A DNA stretch of 64,000 nt from Candidatus Hadarchaeum sp. (GCF_049969415.1 NZ_JBMFOX010000001.1:2405-66404), one strand, 5' to 3'. Counted from the first letter of the stretch, positions 16,879 to 26,522 are shown. Notes: generated by a model from the sequence alone, not told the origin. Made by a program: numbers and translations.

Positions 16879-17735
16879 TCAAACCCCGCCCTGCGGATTC
16901 CTCTGAGCAGGTCGGTCTTGGTCACGATGCCGACCAGCTCCTCACCCTCCACCACCGGTATGCCGCTCATCCCGCTCTCCATCATCAGCGCCGCGGCCTC
17001 AGCGGCGTCGGCGTCCGGGTAAACCGTCACTGGGTCCCTGCGCATAATATCATCTGCAGTAAGCAGCGCCACATATTTAACATATCGGCCCCGCGGTCTG
17101 CCGCCCCGCTCCACCTTTCTCGTGTACCTGACCTCCCTCTCCCTCACCCCCTTCTCCGGATGCTCGAGCTGGGCGAAGGCTAGGTCCCTGTCCATTATCA
17201 CCCCCACGGGCTTCTTCCCCTCGGTCACCACCACGCTCCGGACGTTGCACTCCTCCATCATCTCAACGATGCGCGCCACCGATTGTCGGCGGTTGACCGT
17301 GACCACGTCCCTGCTCATCAGCTCCCTCACCTTAAACCTCTTCCCCAGCAGCCCTGAAAAATGTCTCACCACATCGGTCTTGGTCAGAATCCCGACCAAC
17401 CGCTCGCCATCCAGCACCACCAGGCTGCTGACATCCCTATCGAGCATCATGACCACGGCCTTGTTGACATCGGTGCCCGGAGAAACCGCGTGGACCTCCC
17501 TGCTCATGACGCGGGAGACCAGCCCGTTATCCCAGGTGCGCAGGCGCCAGGACGGTGAACCCGCCCTGAGCCGGGAAACGATGTCGCGGACGGTCAGCAG
17601 CCCAACGACCCTGCCCCGCTCCATCACCACCAGCCGTTTCACCTTTCCCCTCAGCATCAACCGTTTCGCGTGGGCCAGCGTGTCGGTCGGCTTCACCACC
17701 AGCACCGGCGCGCTCATCAGCTCCCGGACCTTCAA
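16875..17735 (-). CDS. CBS-domain protein (about 4 CBS domains)
   Basis: CBS repeats; overlaps both flanking genes by 4 nt. Confidence 0.8.
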   Translation of the reverse strand: MKVRELMSAPVLVVKPTDTLAHAKRLMLRGKVKRLVVMERGRVVGLLTVRDIVSRLRAGSPSWRLRTWDNGLVSRVMSREVHAVSPGTDVNKAVVMMLDRDVSSLVVLDGERLVGILTKTDVVRHFSGLLGKRFKVRELMSRDVVTVNRRQSVARIVEMMEECNVRSVVVTEGKKPVGVIMDRDLAFAQLEHPEKGVREREVRYTRKVERGGRPRGRYVKYVALLTADDIMRRDPVTVYPDADAAEAAALMMESGMSGIPVVEGEELVGIVTKTDLLRGIRRAGFE

Positions 17736-18649
17736 AGCAACAACCTCATCAGGTCGTGCTCGGTAATTATCCCCAACAGTTCCTCACCGGAGACGACGGG
17801 CAATCCGCCGCAGCCCCGCTGGTGCATGATTCCGGCGGCCTCACCCACGTCCATCTCCGGGGCGGCTTTAACGACCTCGCGCGTCATGATTTCCCCGACG
17901 CTGATGGACATCGCGTCCTCAAACCTTTCCGAGCTCAGGTGGTCAAAGATTCTGTTGGAGCTGAGGTAACGCAGGATGTCCATGCTCGTCACGATGCCCA
18001 CCAGCCTGCCGCCGCTCAGGACGGGAAGCCGGCGAAAACCGCGGGACACTATGGTGCGCGCGGCGTCCAGGATCCTGAAGGAAGATTCAGCGGTAACGAC
18101 GTGGCGGGACATGTAGTAGCTCACCTTGGCCCCGGTCTCCTCCGGGACGAACCGGAGAAAATCGTGCTCCGAGACGATTCCGACTATTTTCCCGTCATCG
18201 TCCAGTATCGGGACCCCGCCGACACCTTTGTCGAGGATGAGCCGGGCAACCTCGGTTATCGACATGCGGCTGGTCCCGTAGGTCAGGTCCCTCTCCATGA
18301 CCACCCTCACCGGCTCATTGATCGCCGCCAGAAAGTTACCGCCGAACTTTACCTTGATGATGTTGAACTTCTCCCCGCCGCCAAGAAATTCTAGGATGTC
18401 CCTGGTCCTGACCACGCCCACCAGCCTCTTGCTCCCGGGTTCGGTCACCGGCAGCCTTCTTATCCCCTCCTTCACCATCAGGTCGACCGCATTTTTTATT
18501 CTCATCGTCTGGGTCACCGAGACCACCGGCTTCTTGGCTATGGTCATTATGTCGCCCTCCTTGCGGTGTACGCGAGACTTGAAGTCGACGGGGCCTCGGT
18601 CCAGAGATTTATAGTGGGGCATCCTCCGCATGCTTTCACCCGCAGGCAA
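17732..18649 (-). CDS. CBS-domain protein (about 4 CBS domains)
   Basis: CBS repeats. Confidence 0.8.
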   Translation of the reverse strand: MPAGESMRRMPHYKSLDRGPVDFKSRVHRKEGDIMTIAKKPVVSVTQTMRIKNAVDLMVKEGIRRLPVTEPGSKRLVGVVRTRDILEFLGGGEKFNIIKVKFGGNFLAAINEPVRVVMERDLTYGTSRMSITEVARLILDKGVGGVPILDDDGKIVGIVSEHDFLRFVPEETGAKVSYYMSRHVVTAESSFRILDAARTIVSRGFRRLPVLSGGRLVGIVTSMDILRYLSSNRIFDHLSSERFEDAMSISVGEIMTREVVKAAPEMDVGEAAGIMHQRGCGGLPVVSGEELLGIITEHDLMRLLL

Positions 18650-19454
18650 ACCTGACGATATCCGAACGGCTCAAAATGCCCACCAGATCTCCCTCCGAAA
18701 CCACCGCCAGCCGGCCAATTTTTTTCTCCAGCATCAGATCGATGGCTGCGGGAAGAGGGGTTTGAGGGGAGACCACGATGGCCGGCGTTCTCATCACCGA
18801 TTTCACGCGCGGCGGCGACTTGAAACGGCCTTTGTCCGACTCCTCCGAGAGGCGGACAGTCCCCGACCTGATTATGTCGGAGCGGGTGATCATCCCCAGC
18901 ACCTGTCTTGACCTCCGCCGCTTATCATACCTGACCACGGGCAGGCCGGAGCAGTTTGTTTTCTCCATCAGGTCCCAGATCTTGGAGATCTCATCCTCGG
19001 GCTCGCAGGTAACCACATCCGTAACCATTACTTCTCCCACCCGTCTTTCCGGGGAAATTCTCCCGGAAATCTGGGCCAAGACATCGTCGAGTCTTACCAG
19101 GCCGACCACCGTCATGTCGTTCGGTCCCTTCACCACGGGAACGTCGGAGACCTCATGCCCGACCATCTGCCTCGCCAGATTAACGAGCGACATCTCTGGG
19201 GTGGCCACCAGCCTGTAGGGGGACATAATCCCGGAAACGGCAATGTTGGAGCGGGTCGAGGTCACCTGCAGGACCTCCTTGATCGTCACAATCCCGGAAA
19301 GTCTCCCAGCATCGATGACCGGCAGGCTCTTAAGTCCGGTTGAACGCATCACCGCCCGTGCCTTGGTGACCAGATCGTTGGGGGCCACAAATATGCTGCA
19401 GGGCTTCATCACATCTTCAACTTTCACGCCGCTGAGCACTTCACGGCATGCCAT
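18636..19454 (-). CDS. CBS-domain protein (about 4 CBS domains)
   Basis: CBS repeats. Confidence 0.8.
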   Translation of the reverse strand: MACREVLSGVKVEDVMKPCSIFVAPNDLVTKARAVMRSTGLKSLPVIDAGRLSGIVTIKEVLQVTSTRSNIAVSGIMSPYRLVATPEMSLVNLARQMVGHEVSDVPVVKGPNDMTVVGLVRLDDVLAQISGRISPERRVGEVMVTDVVTCEPEDEISKIWDLMEKTNCSGLPVVRYDKRRRSRQVLGMITRSDIIRSGTVRLSEESDKGRFKSPPRVKSVMRTPAIVVSPQTPLPAAIDLMLEKKIGRLAVVSEGDLVGILSRSDIVRFACG

Positions 19455-19462
19455 TAAACCAT

Positions 19463-19993
19463 CTACTCGCCCATCGAATCACGACAATTTTCACACACCC
19501 ACATGCCATTAACTTCATAGAGATCGGTGGTGACCTCGCCGCAGTTCTCGCAGACGCTCTGATCCACGCGTTCCTCCGGAATTCTTTCCGGATGGGCCAT
19601 CAGCTCGGAGAGCGCCGGAGATATCGCGGTGATATCCGACGAGGTAACGATGCCGACCAGCTTTCCGTTTTTAACCACAGGAAGCCGGCGGATCTTGTTG
19701 CTGGCCATGATCTTGGCGGCTTCAACGATGTCGGCGTCGGGGCCGATTGTGATCAGGGGGGCCGACATTATCTTCCCCACCCGAATCTTGCTCGGCTTGA
19801 GGTCCTCGCTAACGACCTTCATCAAAAGGTCCTTCTCGGTCAGAATACCAACGGGCTTCTTTCCATCAACCACCACGATGCTGCCGACGTCCTTGCTCGC
19901 CATCAGCTTGGCGGCCCGAGCCACATTGGTTCCCCGGGGCACCGTCAAAACTTCAGTCCTCATGGCCTCGCTGACCGGAATCACCCGCTTCAT
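19463..19993 (-). CDS. CBS-pair protein with a C-terminal zinc ribbon
   Basis: Two CBS domains plus CENCGEVTTDLYEVNGMWVCENC. Confidence 0.8.
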   Translation of the reverse strand: MKRVIPVSEAMRTEVLTVPRGTNVARAAKLMASKDVGSIVVVDGKKPVGILTEKDLLMKVVSEDLKPSKIRVGKIMSAPLITIGPDADIVEAAKIMASNKIRRLPVVKNGKLVGIVTSSDITAISPALSELMAHPERIPEERVDQSVCENCGEVTTDLYEVNGMWVCENCRDSMGE

Positions 19994-20067
19994 CGTGCCA
20001 CCGATTTCATATTGTCATTTTCTACTTAAATCTTTAAGGCACCGAAAAACAGTTAATTCTGATTTGC

Positions 20068-20778
20068 GTGGACACCGAGAGCTGGAAAGCGGCGGCGGCG
20101 CGAGAAGCGGCCAAGCTTGTCCGAGACGGCATGGTGGTGGGCCTAGGCTCCGGAACCACCGTGGCCAAGTTAATCGAGGCGCTCTCGGAACTGCGACCCG
20201 ACGCAACCTACATCGCCGCCTCGTCGTCGTCCGAGAGGCTGGCCAGGGATTTGGGGTTAAAGCTGACCGGATTCGAGAACCACCAGCAGCTCGACCTGAC
20301 CATCGATGGCGCCGACGAGGTGGACCCTAACTTCGACCTGATCAAGGGACACGGCGGGGCGCATACCCGGGAGAAAATCATCGCCGAGGCCGCGAGAAGG
20401 GTGGCCATCATCGTTGACAAAAGCAAACTGGTCAGAAGGCTGGGACAGCGTTTTCCCGTCCCGGTCGAGGTCCTGCCCTTCGCCAAGGACTACACGATAA
20501 AAAAGCTGGCCGCGCTCGGCAGCCCACTTCTCAAGACCAAAGACGGCGCCCCCTTCGTGACCGACAACGGCAATTATCTCGTCGAGGTCTGGTTCAAGAG
20601 AATCAGCAACGCGGCAAAACTGGAAAAGAAGATCAACAGCCTCCCTGGAGTAATTGACAATGGGATTTTCACCGGTCTCGCCGATGTGATTTTCGCCGGC
20701 CATGAGGACGGGTGTACGGTTTTGCGGGACAGGAGGGGCTTCCTGAAGTTCTTGAAACAGGCTGAATCCAAAGGGTAA
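20068..20778 (+). CDS. rpiA: Ribose-5-phosphate isomerase A
   Basis: GLGSGTT, IDGADEVD and KGHGGAHTREK motifs. Confidence 0.85.
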   Translation: MDTESWKAAAAREAAKLVRDGMVVGLGSGTTVAKLIEALSELRPDATYIAASSSSERLARDLGLKLTGFENHQQLDLTIDGADEVDPNFDLIKGHGGAHTREKIIAEAARRVAIIVDKSKLVRRLGQRFPVPVEVLPFAKDYTIKKLAALGSPLLKTKDGAPFVTDNGNYLVEVWFKRISNAAKLEKKINSLPGVIDNGIFTGLADVIFAGHEDGCTVLRDRRGFLKFLKQAESKG

Positions 20779-20828
20779 AATCGGGACCAAAAAAGGCTTA
20801 AGGATTTGACAGGAAAAATCTCTATGAG

Positions 20829-20948
20829 CCGGGGTAGCTCAGCTGGTCAGAGCGCGAGACTCATAGCTTCAACCGCAGCTGTGAGTGCTGAACTACGGGA
20901 TGATGTAGGAAATCTCGAGGCCGCGGGTTCAATTCCCGCCCCCGGCAC
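20829..20948 (+). tRNA. tRNA with anticodon CAU (elongator Met or agmatidine-type Ile2), with a 46-nt intron (20867-20912) at the canonical 37/38 site
   Basis: Hand-folded: acceptor GCCGGGG/CCCCGGC (G1-C72, so not an initiator); D-arm GCTC/GAGC; anticodon stem CGAGA/TCTCG with loop CTCATA interrupted after A37; T-arm GCGGG-TTCAATT-CCCGC; discriminator A. Confidence 0.75.
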
Positions 20949-21009
20949 CTTTTAAAACCATAAACATCACCTGAGCATACTATTTAACCCCGGTCCCGCG
21001 TCTTTAGTT

Positions 21010-21903
21010 TTGGTAACTATGGAAAAAATATCCCGGGTTGAAAGGAAACACGTGGGCGCAATCTTACCCCAACGCAGGGCCGATGCCCACAAGGGAGATT
21101 TCGGCAGGTTGCTCGTGATCGGCGGCAGTTCCCGCTACGTGGGCGCCCCAGCTCTAGTCGGGCTGGCCGCGCTGCGTTGCGGCGTTGACCTCGCCATAAT
21201 CGCGGCTCCGGAGAGAACCGCTTGGACCATCAACTCGCTCTCGCCGGACCTGATCACAATCAAGCTCCAGTGCCGTGATCTGGAGCCTTCCACGTTGCCT
21301 GAGATTTCCCGAGAACTGGAAAGCGCCACGGCGGTCGTCGTCGGTCCCGGTCTGGGGGCACTGCCGGAAACTCTCGAAGCCGTGGTCAGGCTGGCGCGAC
21401 TGTTGCGGGAAACCCACCCCGGACTCCCGGCGCTGTTCGACGCCGACGCCTTCAAGGCCTTGGCCAGAGAAACCAGCCTGCTCAACAAAATGCCCTGGGT
21501 GATGACGCCCCACGCCGGAGAGTTCAAAACGCTCACCGGCCAAACTTTGCCCGCCGATCTAGATGGCCGCATCCAGATGGTCAAGAGGGCCGCGCGGAAA
21601 CTGGGATGCGTCATCCTGCTTAAGGGGCACGTGGACATCATCGCCTCGGCGAAGGGGGAGCTGAAGCTCAACCACACCGGAAATCCCGGCATGACCGTCG
21701 GCGGCACCGGAGATGTCCTCTCCGGAATCGTCGGCGCCTTCCTGTCCCAAGGCGTCGATCCTTTCCAGGCAGCCACCGCCGGAGCTTGGGTCTGCGGGAG
21801 GGCCGGCGATCTGTGCCTGAAGGATAAGGGCTATGAGTTCCTCGCCTCAGACGTAATCAATAAAATACCTGAAGTGTTCAAGGAGGTAAGGAAAAAGGGG
21901 TGA
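21010..21903 (+). CDS. nnrD: ADP-dependent NAD(P)H-hydrate dehydratase (YjeF C-terminal domain)
   Basis: [12 protein letters not shown] and [14 protein letters not shown] motifs. Confidence 0.75.
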   Translation: MVTMEKISRVERKHVGAILPQRRADAHKGDFGRLLVIGGSSRYVGAPALVGLAALRCGVDLAIIAAPERTAWTINSLSPDLITIKLQCRDLEPSTLPEISRELESATAVVVGPGLGALPETLEAVVRLARLLRETHPGLPALFDADAFKALARETSLLNKMPWVMTPHAGEFKTLTGQTLPADLDGRIQMVKRAARKLGCVILLKGHVDIIASAKGELKLNHTGNPGMTVGGTGDVLSGIVGAFLSQGVDPFQAATAGAWVCGRAGDLCLKDKGYEFLASDVINKIPEVFKEVRKKG

Positions 21904-21907
21904 AAAC

Positions 21908-22054
21908 ATGGCAAGGTTTGAAGTCGCGGAGAGGCGCCTGTTCAACACCAAAATCTGCATGAGGTGCAACGCCCATAACCCAATCAAGGCTACCAAGTGC
22001 CGCAAGTGTGGCTACTCCGGTCTCAGGCCCAAGAGCAAGGAGCCACGAGGATGA
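21908..22054 (+). CDS. rpl40e: Ribosomal protein L40e
   Basis: [48 protein letters not shown]. Below the ORF-track size cutoff. Stop overlaps the next start as ATGA. Confidence 0.8.
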   Translation: MARFEVAERRLFNTKICMRCNAHNPIKATKCRKCGYSGLRPKSKEPRG

Positions 22055-22797
22055 AGGTAGAGGAGAGACTGCGGCGTATCATCTCACTTCATGGCGCCGC
22101 TCATCTCACGCTCATCGACCCCGAAAAACAGCCCCCGGAAAAAGCGGGAATAATGGCCGCGGATGCTGCCGCCGCCGGAACCGACGGAATCATGGTCGGC
22201 GGTTCAACGCACGCCGGCGGCGGGCTGCTCGACGACACCGTGCTCGCGATAAAGAAGACCACCGACCTTCCGGTCATTCTCTTCCCGGCCAACGAGGCTG
22301 GCATCAGCGCCCACGCCGATGCCATCTTCTTCATGAGCATGCTCAACTCGCGCGACGTCTATTACCTCGCCGGCGCCCAGCGGCTGGGGGCACCCATCGT
22401 CAAAAAGCTGGGGCTGGAGCCGATTCCCATGGCCTACCTAGTCGTGGAGCCGGGAGGCGCTGTTGGCCGCGTGGGCAAGGCCGAGCTGATCCCGCGAGAG
22501 GACAAAGAACTCGCGGCCGCCTACGCGCTGGCGGCCCAGTATCTGGGGATGAGGCTGGTGTATCTGGAGGCGGGCTCGGGGGCCGACAGACCGGTTCCGG
22601 TTGAAATGGTCCGAGCGGTGCGAGAAGCGACTGATGTCATTTTAATCGTCGGCGGGGGAATCAGAACACCCAAGGCGGCGGCGGAGCGCGTCCGGGCCGG
22701 AGCCGACATCATCGTGACCGGAACGCTGGTGGAACAGTCCAAAGACCGGCGTGCCAGAATAGGGGAAATTGTGAGAAAAATCAAGATGGTACGCTAA
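22051..22797 (+). CDS. Geranylgeranylglyceryl phosphate synthase (PcrB/GGGPS family)
   Basis: PcrB-family TIM-barrel pattern (GGSTH..., [22 protein letters not shown]). Start re-set to MKVEERL because the ORF-track start at 21997 would overlap L40e. Confidence 0.8.
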   Translation: MKVEERLRRIISLHGAAHLTLIDPEKQPPEKAGIMAADAAAAGTDGIMVGGSTHAGGGLLDDTVLAIKKTTDLPVILFPANEAGISAHADAIFFMSMLNSRDVYYLAGAQRLGAPIVKKLGLEPIPMAYLVVEPGGAVGRVGKAELIPREDKELAAAYALAAQYLGMRLVYLEAGSGADRPVPVEMVRAVREATDVILIVGGGIRTPKAAAERVRAGADIIVTGTLVEQSKDRRARIGEIVRKIKMVR

Positions 22798-22841
22798 AAA
22801 TAGGAACGGCGGGAAAATCGGCTGGTCAAGATCGACGAAAA

Positions 22842-23066
22842 TTAAATCAACTTGCGGTGCTTGGCGCAGGAAATACAGGCATATTCCTTCATGTGCGGCA
22901 GAAACACGCGCCTTCGATCGAGCCCGGGGATGTTCCGCAGGTCACCGATACCGTAATGCCGCCTGACCGGGACTGCCTTGATTCGCGGCGTCATCCGGCC
23001 GCAGTAGACGCAGGGCACGGGCTGGCTCCTGCCACCCGGCTTGTAATGGCCCCATTTCTTACCCAT
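22842..23066 (-). CDS. Small zinc-ribbon protein, tentatively ribosomal protein L34e
   Basis: KPGGR...CVYCGR...VP...YACISCAKHRKLI resembles the L34e CxxC...CxxC layout. Start set at the internal MGKKWG. Confidence 0.4.
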   Translation of the reverse strand: MGKKWGHYKPGGRSQPVPCVYCGRMTPRIKAVPVRRHYGIGDLRNIPGLDRRRVFLPHMKEYACISCAKHRKLI

Positions 23067-23186
23067 GATCTCGACCAAGACTTCATTAAAATTCAAGGCT
23101 ATAACTGTTTGGGTTTCACCACGATGAATCACCAAATAACCTCTGCAGGACCTAGTGGTTCCCAAATCGTGGCCGCAGAAACGATT

Positions 23187-23504
23187 TTACTTAACCGATC
23201 GAATCATCGTCAGGAGCATCTTGAACCGCTCGCAAGCAAATAGAGCATGCGGCTCGTTGGCCGGCATCAGTATGGCCTCACCAGAACTCAGGTGATATTT
23301 CTTCTTGGAGATGGTGATTTCGGCCTCGCCATCGATAATCTGCACCAAGGCATCATAGGGCGCGGTGTGCTCGCTAAGGCCCTGTCCCTTATCAAAGGAA
23401 AACAGCGTGACCGTCCCGGCTTTCTTCCTCATAATCTCCCGGCTGACCACGGAGCCCTCCTGATAGGCCACCAAATCTGCCAGCTTCATGACCTGTTTAG
23501 CCAA
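23187..23504 (-). CDS. Cupin-domain protein
   Basis: Cupin barrel motifs (G..HTAPYD..V....GEAEI). Confidence 0.65.
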   Translation of the reverse strand: MAKQVMKLADLVAYQEGSVVSREIMRKKAGTVTLFSFDKGQGLSEHTAPYDALVQIIDGEAEITISKKKYHLSSGEAILMPANEPHALFACERFKMLLTMIRSVK

Positions 23505-23588
23505 ATCATTACTCTCCTGTTTTTTCAGGCTATCACCAGCAATACCTCGAGTCCGAATTATATAACTGTTAATTTTTTCAAATCTTAA

Positions 23589-24188
23589 TCAACCAGAGTA
23601 TCTCTCTTCCTTCCAGGGGTCACCGCGGTTGTGATAGCCGTGGCTCTCCCAGAAGCCGGGCCTGTCCTCGGCAATGAACTCCACCCCAACCACCCACTTC
23701 GCGCTCTTCCAGAAGTACAGCCGGGGCACAACGAGCCTGACCGGATAGCCGTGCTCCGGGGTCAGCGGTTTGCCATCATGTTTGACCGCGAAAAAAACGT
23801 CGGGCTCAAAAAAATCGCTGAGCTGAAGATTGGTGGTGAACCCTCCCGCCCCGTGAACTATGACGAACCTCGCCTCGGGAAGAATCCTGACCAGCTTTTT
23901 CAAGTGGCTCGTGCTCACGCCCTCCCAAAGGTTGTCCAGCCTCGTCCACCCTGTGACGCAGTGGATATCGGAGAGGACCCTCACGCGAGGCAAGGACATA
24001 AACTCCTGATAGTTCAATCTCAGCTCCCTCTCCACCAGTCCGAAAACTGAGAGGCTCCAGTTTGAGGGGTCTATCCGCTGCACCTTCCCATAGTGGAGAA
24101 CCGGCCATTCATCGGCCAGCCGCTGCCCCGGTGGAATTCTGTTCTTTCTTTCCACGTCGGGGCTTCTGATTATCCCCAAGTCAGGCAC
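23589..24188 (-). CDS. Molybdopterin-dependent oxidoreductase, sulfite-oxidase family (MsrP/YedY-like catalytic subunit)
   Basis: Oxidoreductase-molybdopterin-binding fold signature (HCVTGW..., YFWKSAKWV). Confidence 0.7.
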   Translation of the reverse strand: MPDLGIIRSPDVERKNRIPPGQRLADEWPVLHYGKVQRIDPSNWSLSVFGLVERELRLNYQEFMSLPRVRVLSDIHCVTGWTRLDNLWEGVSTSHLKKLVRILPEARFVIVHGAGGFTTNLQLSDFFEPDVFFAVKHDGKPLTPEHGYPVRLVVPRLYFWKSAKWVVGVEFIAEDRPGFWESHGYHNRGDPWKEERYSG

Positions 24189-24329
24189 CTCTTCACCCCG
24201 TTCCAGTTCTACCCATCACCACAAAAGCATGAAGCTTAGCATAATAACTGTTTTCAAAATTTTTCCTCAGGAGATTTACCAAACAACTTGTCAAACCGTG
24301 CGTATTTACTCGAGGTGGTGGCGAAAACG

Positions 24330-26522
24330 TCAATGATGATGCCCGTGTCCCGCCGACCCCTCCCCTCCGATGGCAGAGAGGTACTTCTCAGGATCCTGCC
24401 GGAACTTCTCCTCGCAGGCCCGGGAGCAGAAATAAACGATCCCCCCTTGGTGCTCCAGCTTGCTGAAGGCTTCTTCAGGACGCAGTTCCATCCCGCAGAC
24501 GGGGTCTTTGACCATCAGGCTTTCGGCCTCCAGCTTCGGAACCTTCGGGCCGTGCCTCCTCAGCGTCTGAGCGTTGAGCGCCACAATGATCGTGCTCAGC
24601 GACATCACTATGGCACCAACGGCGGGATTCAGAACTACCCCCAGACCAGAAAGAACCCCGGAGGCTAGGGGGATGGTGAGGACATTGTAACCCGCCGCCC
24701 ACCAGAGATTTTGCACCATCTTGGAGTAAGTCCGGCGGGAAATTTCTACGACCTTGATCACGTCCCTAGGGTCATTTCTCACCAGAATTATGTCCGCGCT
24801 CTCGATCGCCACGTCGGTGCCGGCACCGATGGCTATACCGACGTCGGCCGTGACCAGAGCCGGTGCGTCGTTGATCCCGTCGCCCACCATTGCCACCCGC
24901 TGTCCTGCCTCCCTCAAGGCCTTCACCCTCTCCGCTTTTTCTTCGGGCAGCACCTGGGCGAAGTACTCATCAATTTTGAGTTCCTCGGCGACCCAGCGGG
25001 CGACCTCGTCGGAGTCTCCGGTGATCATGTAGACCTTCAGGCCCATCTCCTTCAGCCGCCTGACCGCCTCAAAGGACTCGGCCCTAATCCTGTCGGCGAG
25101 GGCAAAAGCCCCGGCCAGCTCCCCGTCCACCAGGGTGAAGACGATGGTTTTTCCCCCTTTCTGAAGTTCCTCTATCCTAGAATCAGAGGGCTCCTTCCTC
25201 AGCTCCTTCAGCAGGTTGGGGCCGCCCACGTAAACTTCCCTACCCTGAACCCTGCCCCTAGCGCCCCGGCCCGGTATCGCCCTGAAATCCTCGGCGGGCG
25301 GGATGGCAACATTGCCCTCCCGCGCGCGCTCGACGATGGCCTTAGCTATCATGTGTTCGGAGTTGAGCTCGATGCTGGCGGTGAGCTTGAGAAGTTCCTC
25401 CTCAGGAATGAAGGAGATAACATCGGTGACGCCGAGCTTCCCCTCGGTCAGTGTCCCCGTCTTGTCAAAAACAACCGCATCCACATTTCTAACCGCCTCA
25501 AAGGCCCTCCTATCCCTGATGAGAATCCCGTTCCTAGCGGTGATGGAGGTGGAGATGGCCACGACGAGTGGTATGGCCAGACCAAGAGCGTGGGGGCAGG
25601 CAATCACCATAACAGTAACGGAGCGTTCTATCGCAAAGCCCGGGTCTGAAACCAGCGACCAAGCGACGTAGGTCAAAATCCCGACGCCGAGGGCCACGTA
25701 GAAAAGCAGCGCGGCGGCCCGGTTAGCCAGATCTTGGGTCCTAGATCGGCTCTCCTGCGCCTGTTTCACCAGCTTGATGACCTGCGCCAGATAGGTTGCC
25801 TCACCCGTCTTTTCCACCCTCACCTTTAAGGCCCCCTCCTCATTGATGCTGCCGCCGATGACCCTCGCCCCGGCACCCTTGGGCACGGGGACTGACTCCC
25901 CGGTTAAAAAGGACTCGTTTACCGAAGAGGCGCCCTGAATCACAATTCCATCGGAAGGTATCCTCTCCCCGGGACGAACCAGCACCACCTGTCCGGCCCG
26001 GAGCTCCGAGGCCGGGACGTCCCTCAACCCACCGTCCTCAACCAAATGTGCGGTTGTGGGCATTATTCTGACCAGCTCCTCCAGCGCCATCGAAGCCCCT
26101 AGTAGGCTCTTCGCCTCGATCCAATGACCGAGTAACATCACATCGATCAGCGTGGCGAGTTCCCAGAAAAAGTCCATTCCGAAAGCTCCAAGCACCGTGG
26201 CCGCCGAGTAGAAAAAGGCCACGGAAATCGCCATGCCGATGAGGGTCATCATCCCGGGCTGACGCGACCTTATTTCATCAACCAGTCCGGACAGAAAAGG
26301 CCAGCCACCGTAAATGTAGATAGGAACTGAGATGAGAAGCAGCACCAAACCCTGATAGGGTATCGAGAGGGTGAAGCCAAACCACATCTGGATCATTTCT
26401 GAAAGCAGCAGGACTGGCACGGTTAGAACTAGGGAGACCAGAAATCTTCGCTTAAAGTCCGACAAGTGGTGGGCATGACCGTGGCCCATGTGCTCGGGAG
26501 AGCCGTGAAAGTGGTGTTGCAT
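24330..26522 (-). CDS. P1B-type heavy-metal ATPase, CopB-like. CPH motif, His-rich N-terminus, C-terminal YHS/TRASH domain
   Basis: DKTGTLT, GDGINDAPAL and CPH in the TM helix. N-terminal HHFHGSPEHMGHGHAHH; C-terminal DPVCGMEL...FCSRACEEKF...GHGHHH. Confidence 0.9.
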   Translation of the reverse strand: MQHHFHGSPEHMGHGHAHHLSDFKRRFLVSLVLTVPVLLLSEMIQMWFGFTLSIPYQGLVLLLISVPIYIYGGWPFLSGLVDEIRSRQPGMMTLIGMAISVAFFYSAATVLGAFGMDFFWELATLIDVMLLGHWIEAKSLLGASMALEELVRIMPTTAHLVEDGGLRDVPASELRAGQVVLVRPGERIPSDGIVIQGASSVNESFLTGESVPVPKGAGARVIGGSINEEGALKVRVEKTGEATYLAQVIKLVKQAQESRSRTQDLANRAAALLFYVALGVGILTYVAWSLVSDPGFAIERSVTVMVIACPHALGLAIPLVVAISTSITARNGILIRDRRAFEAVRNVDAVVFDKTGTLTEGKLGVTDVISFIPEEELLKLTASIELNSEHMIAKAIVERAREGNVAIPPAEDFRAIPGRGARGRVQGREVYVGGPNLLKELRKEPSDSRIEELQKGGKTIVFTLVDGELAGAFALADRIRAESFEAVRRLKEMGLKVYMITGDSDEVARWVAEELKIDEYFAQVLPEEKAERVKALREAGQRVAMVGDGINDAPALVTADVGIAIGAGTDVAIESADIILVRNDPRDVIKVVEISRRTYSKMVQNLWWAAGYNVLTIPLASGVLSGLGVVLNPAVGAIVMSLSTIIVALNAQTLRRHGPKVPKLEAESLMVKDPVCGMELRPEEAFSKLEHQGGIVYFCSRACEEKFRQDPEKYLSAIGGEGSAGHGHHH

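Noticed and set aside
19448-20330. Two overlapping plus-strand ORFs (193 and 233 aa)
   Set aside because: Antisense to the CBS/zinc-ribbon gene and overlapping rpiA out of frame; no motifs
21997-22050. N-terminal extension of the GGGPS ORF
   Set aside because: Would overlap the well-supported L40e gene; real start is at 22051
22008-22604. 198-aa Arg-rich plus-strand ORF
   Set aside because: Alternate frame of the GGGPS gene; Arg/Gly low complexity
24711-25649. 312-aa plus-strand ORF
   Set aside because: Antisense to the CopB ATPase
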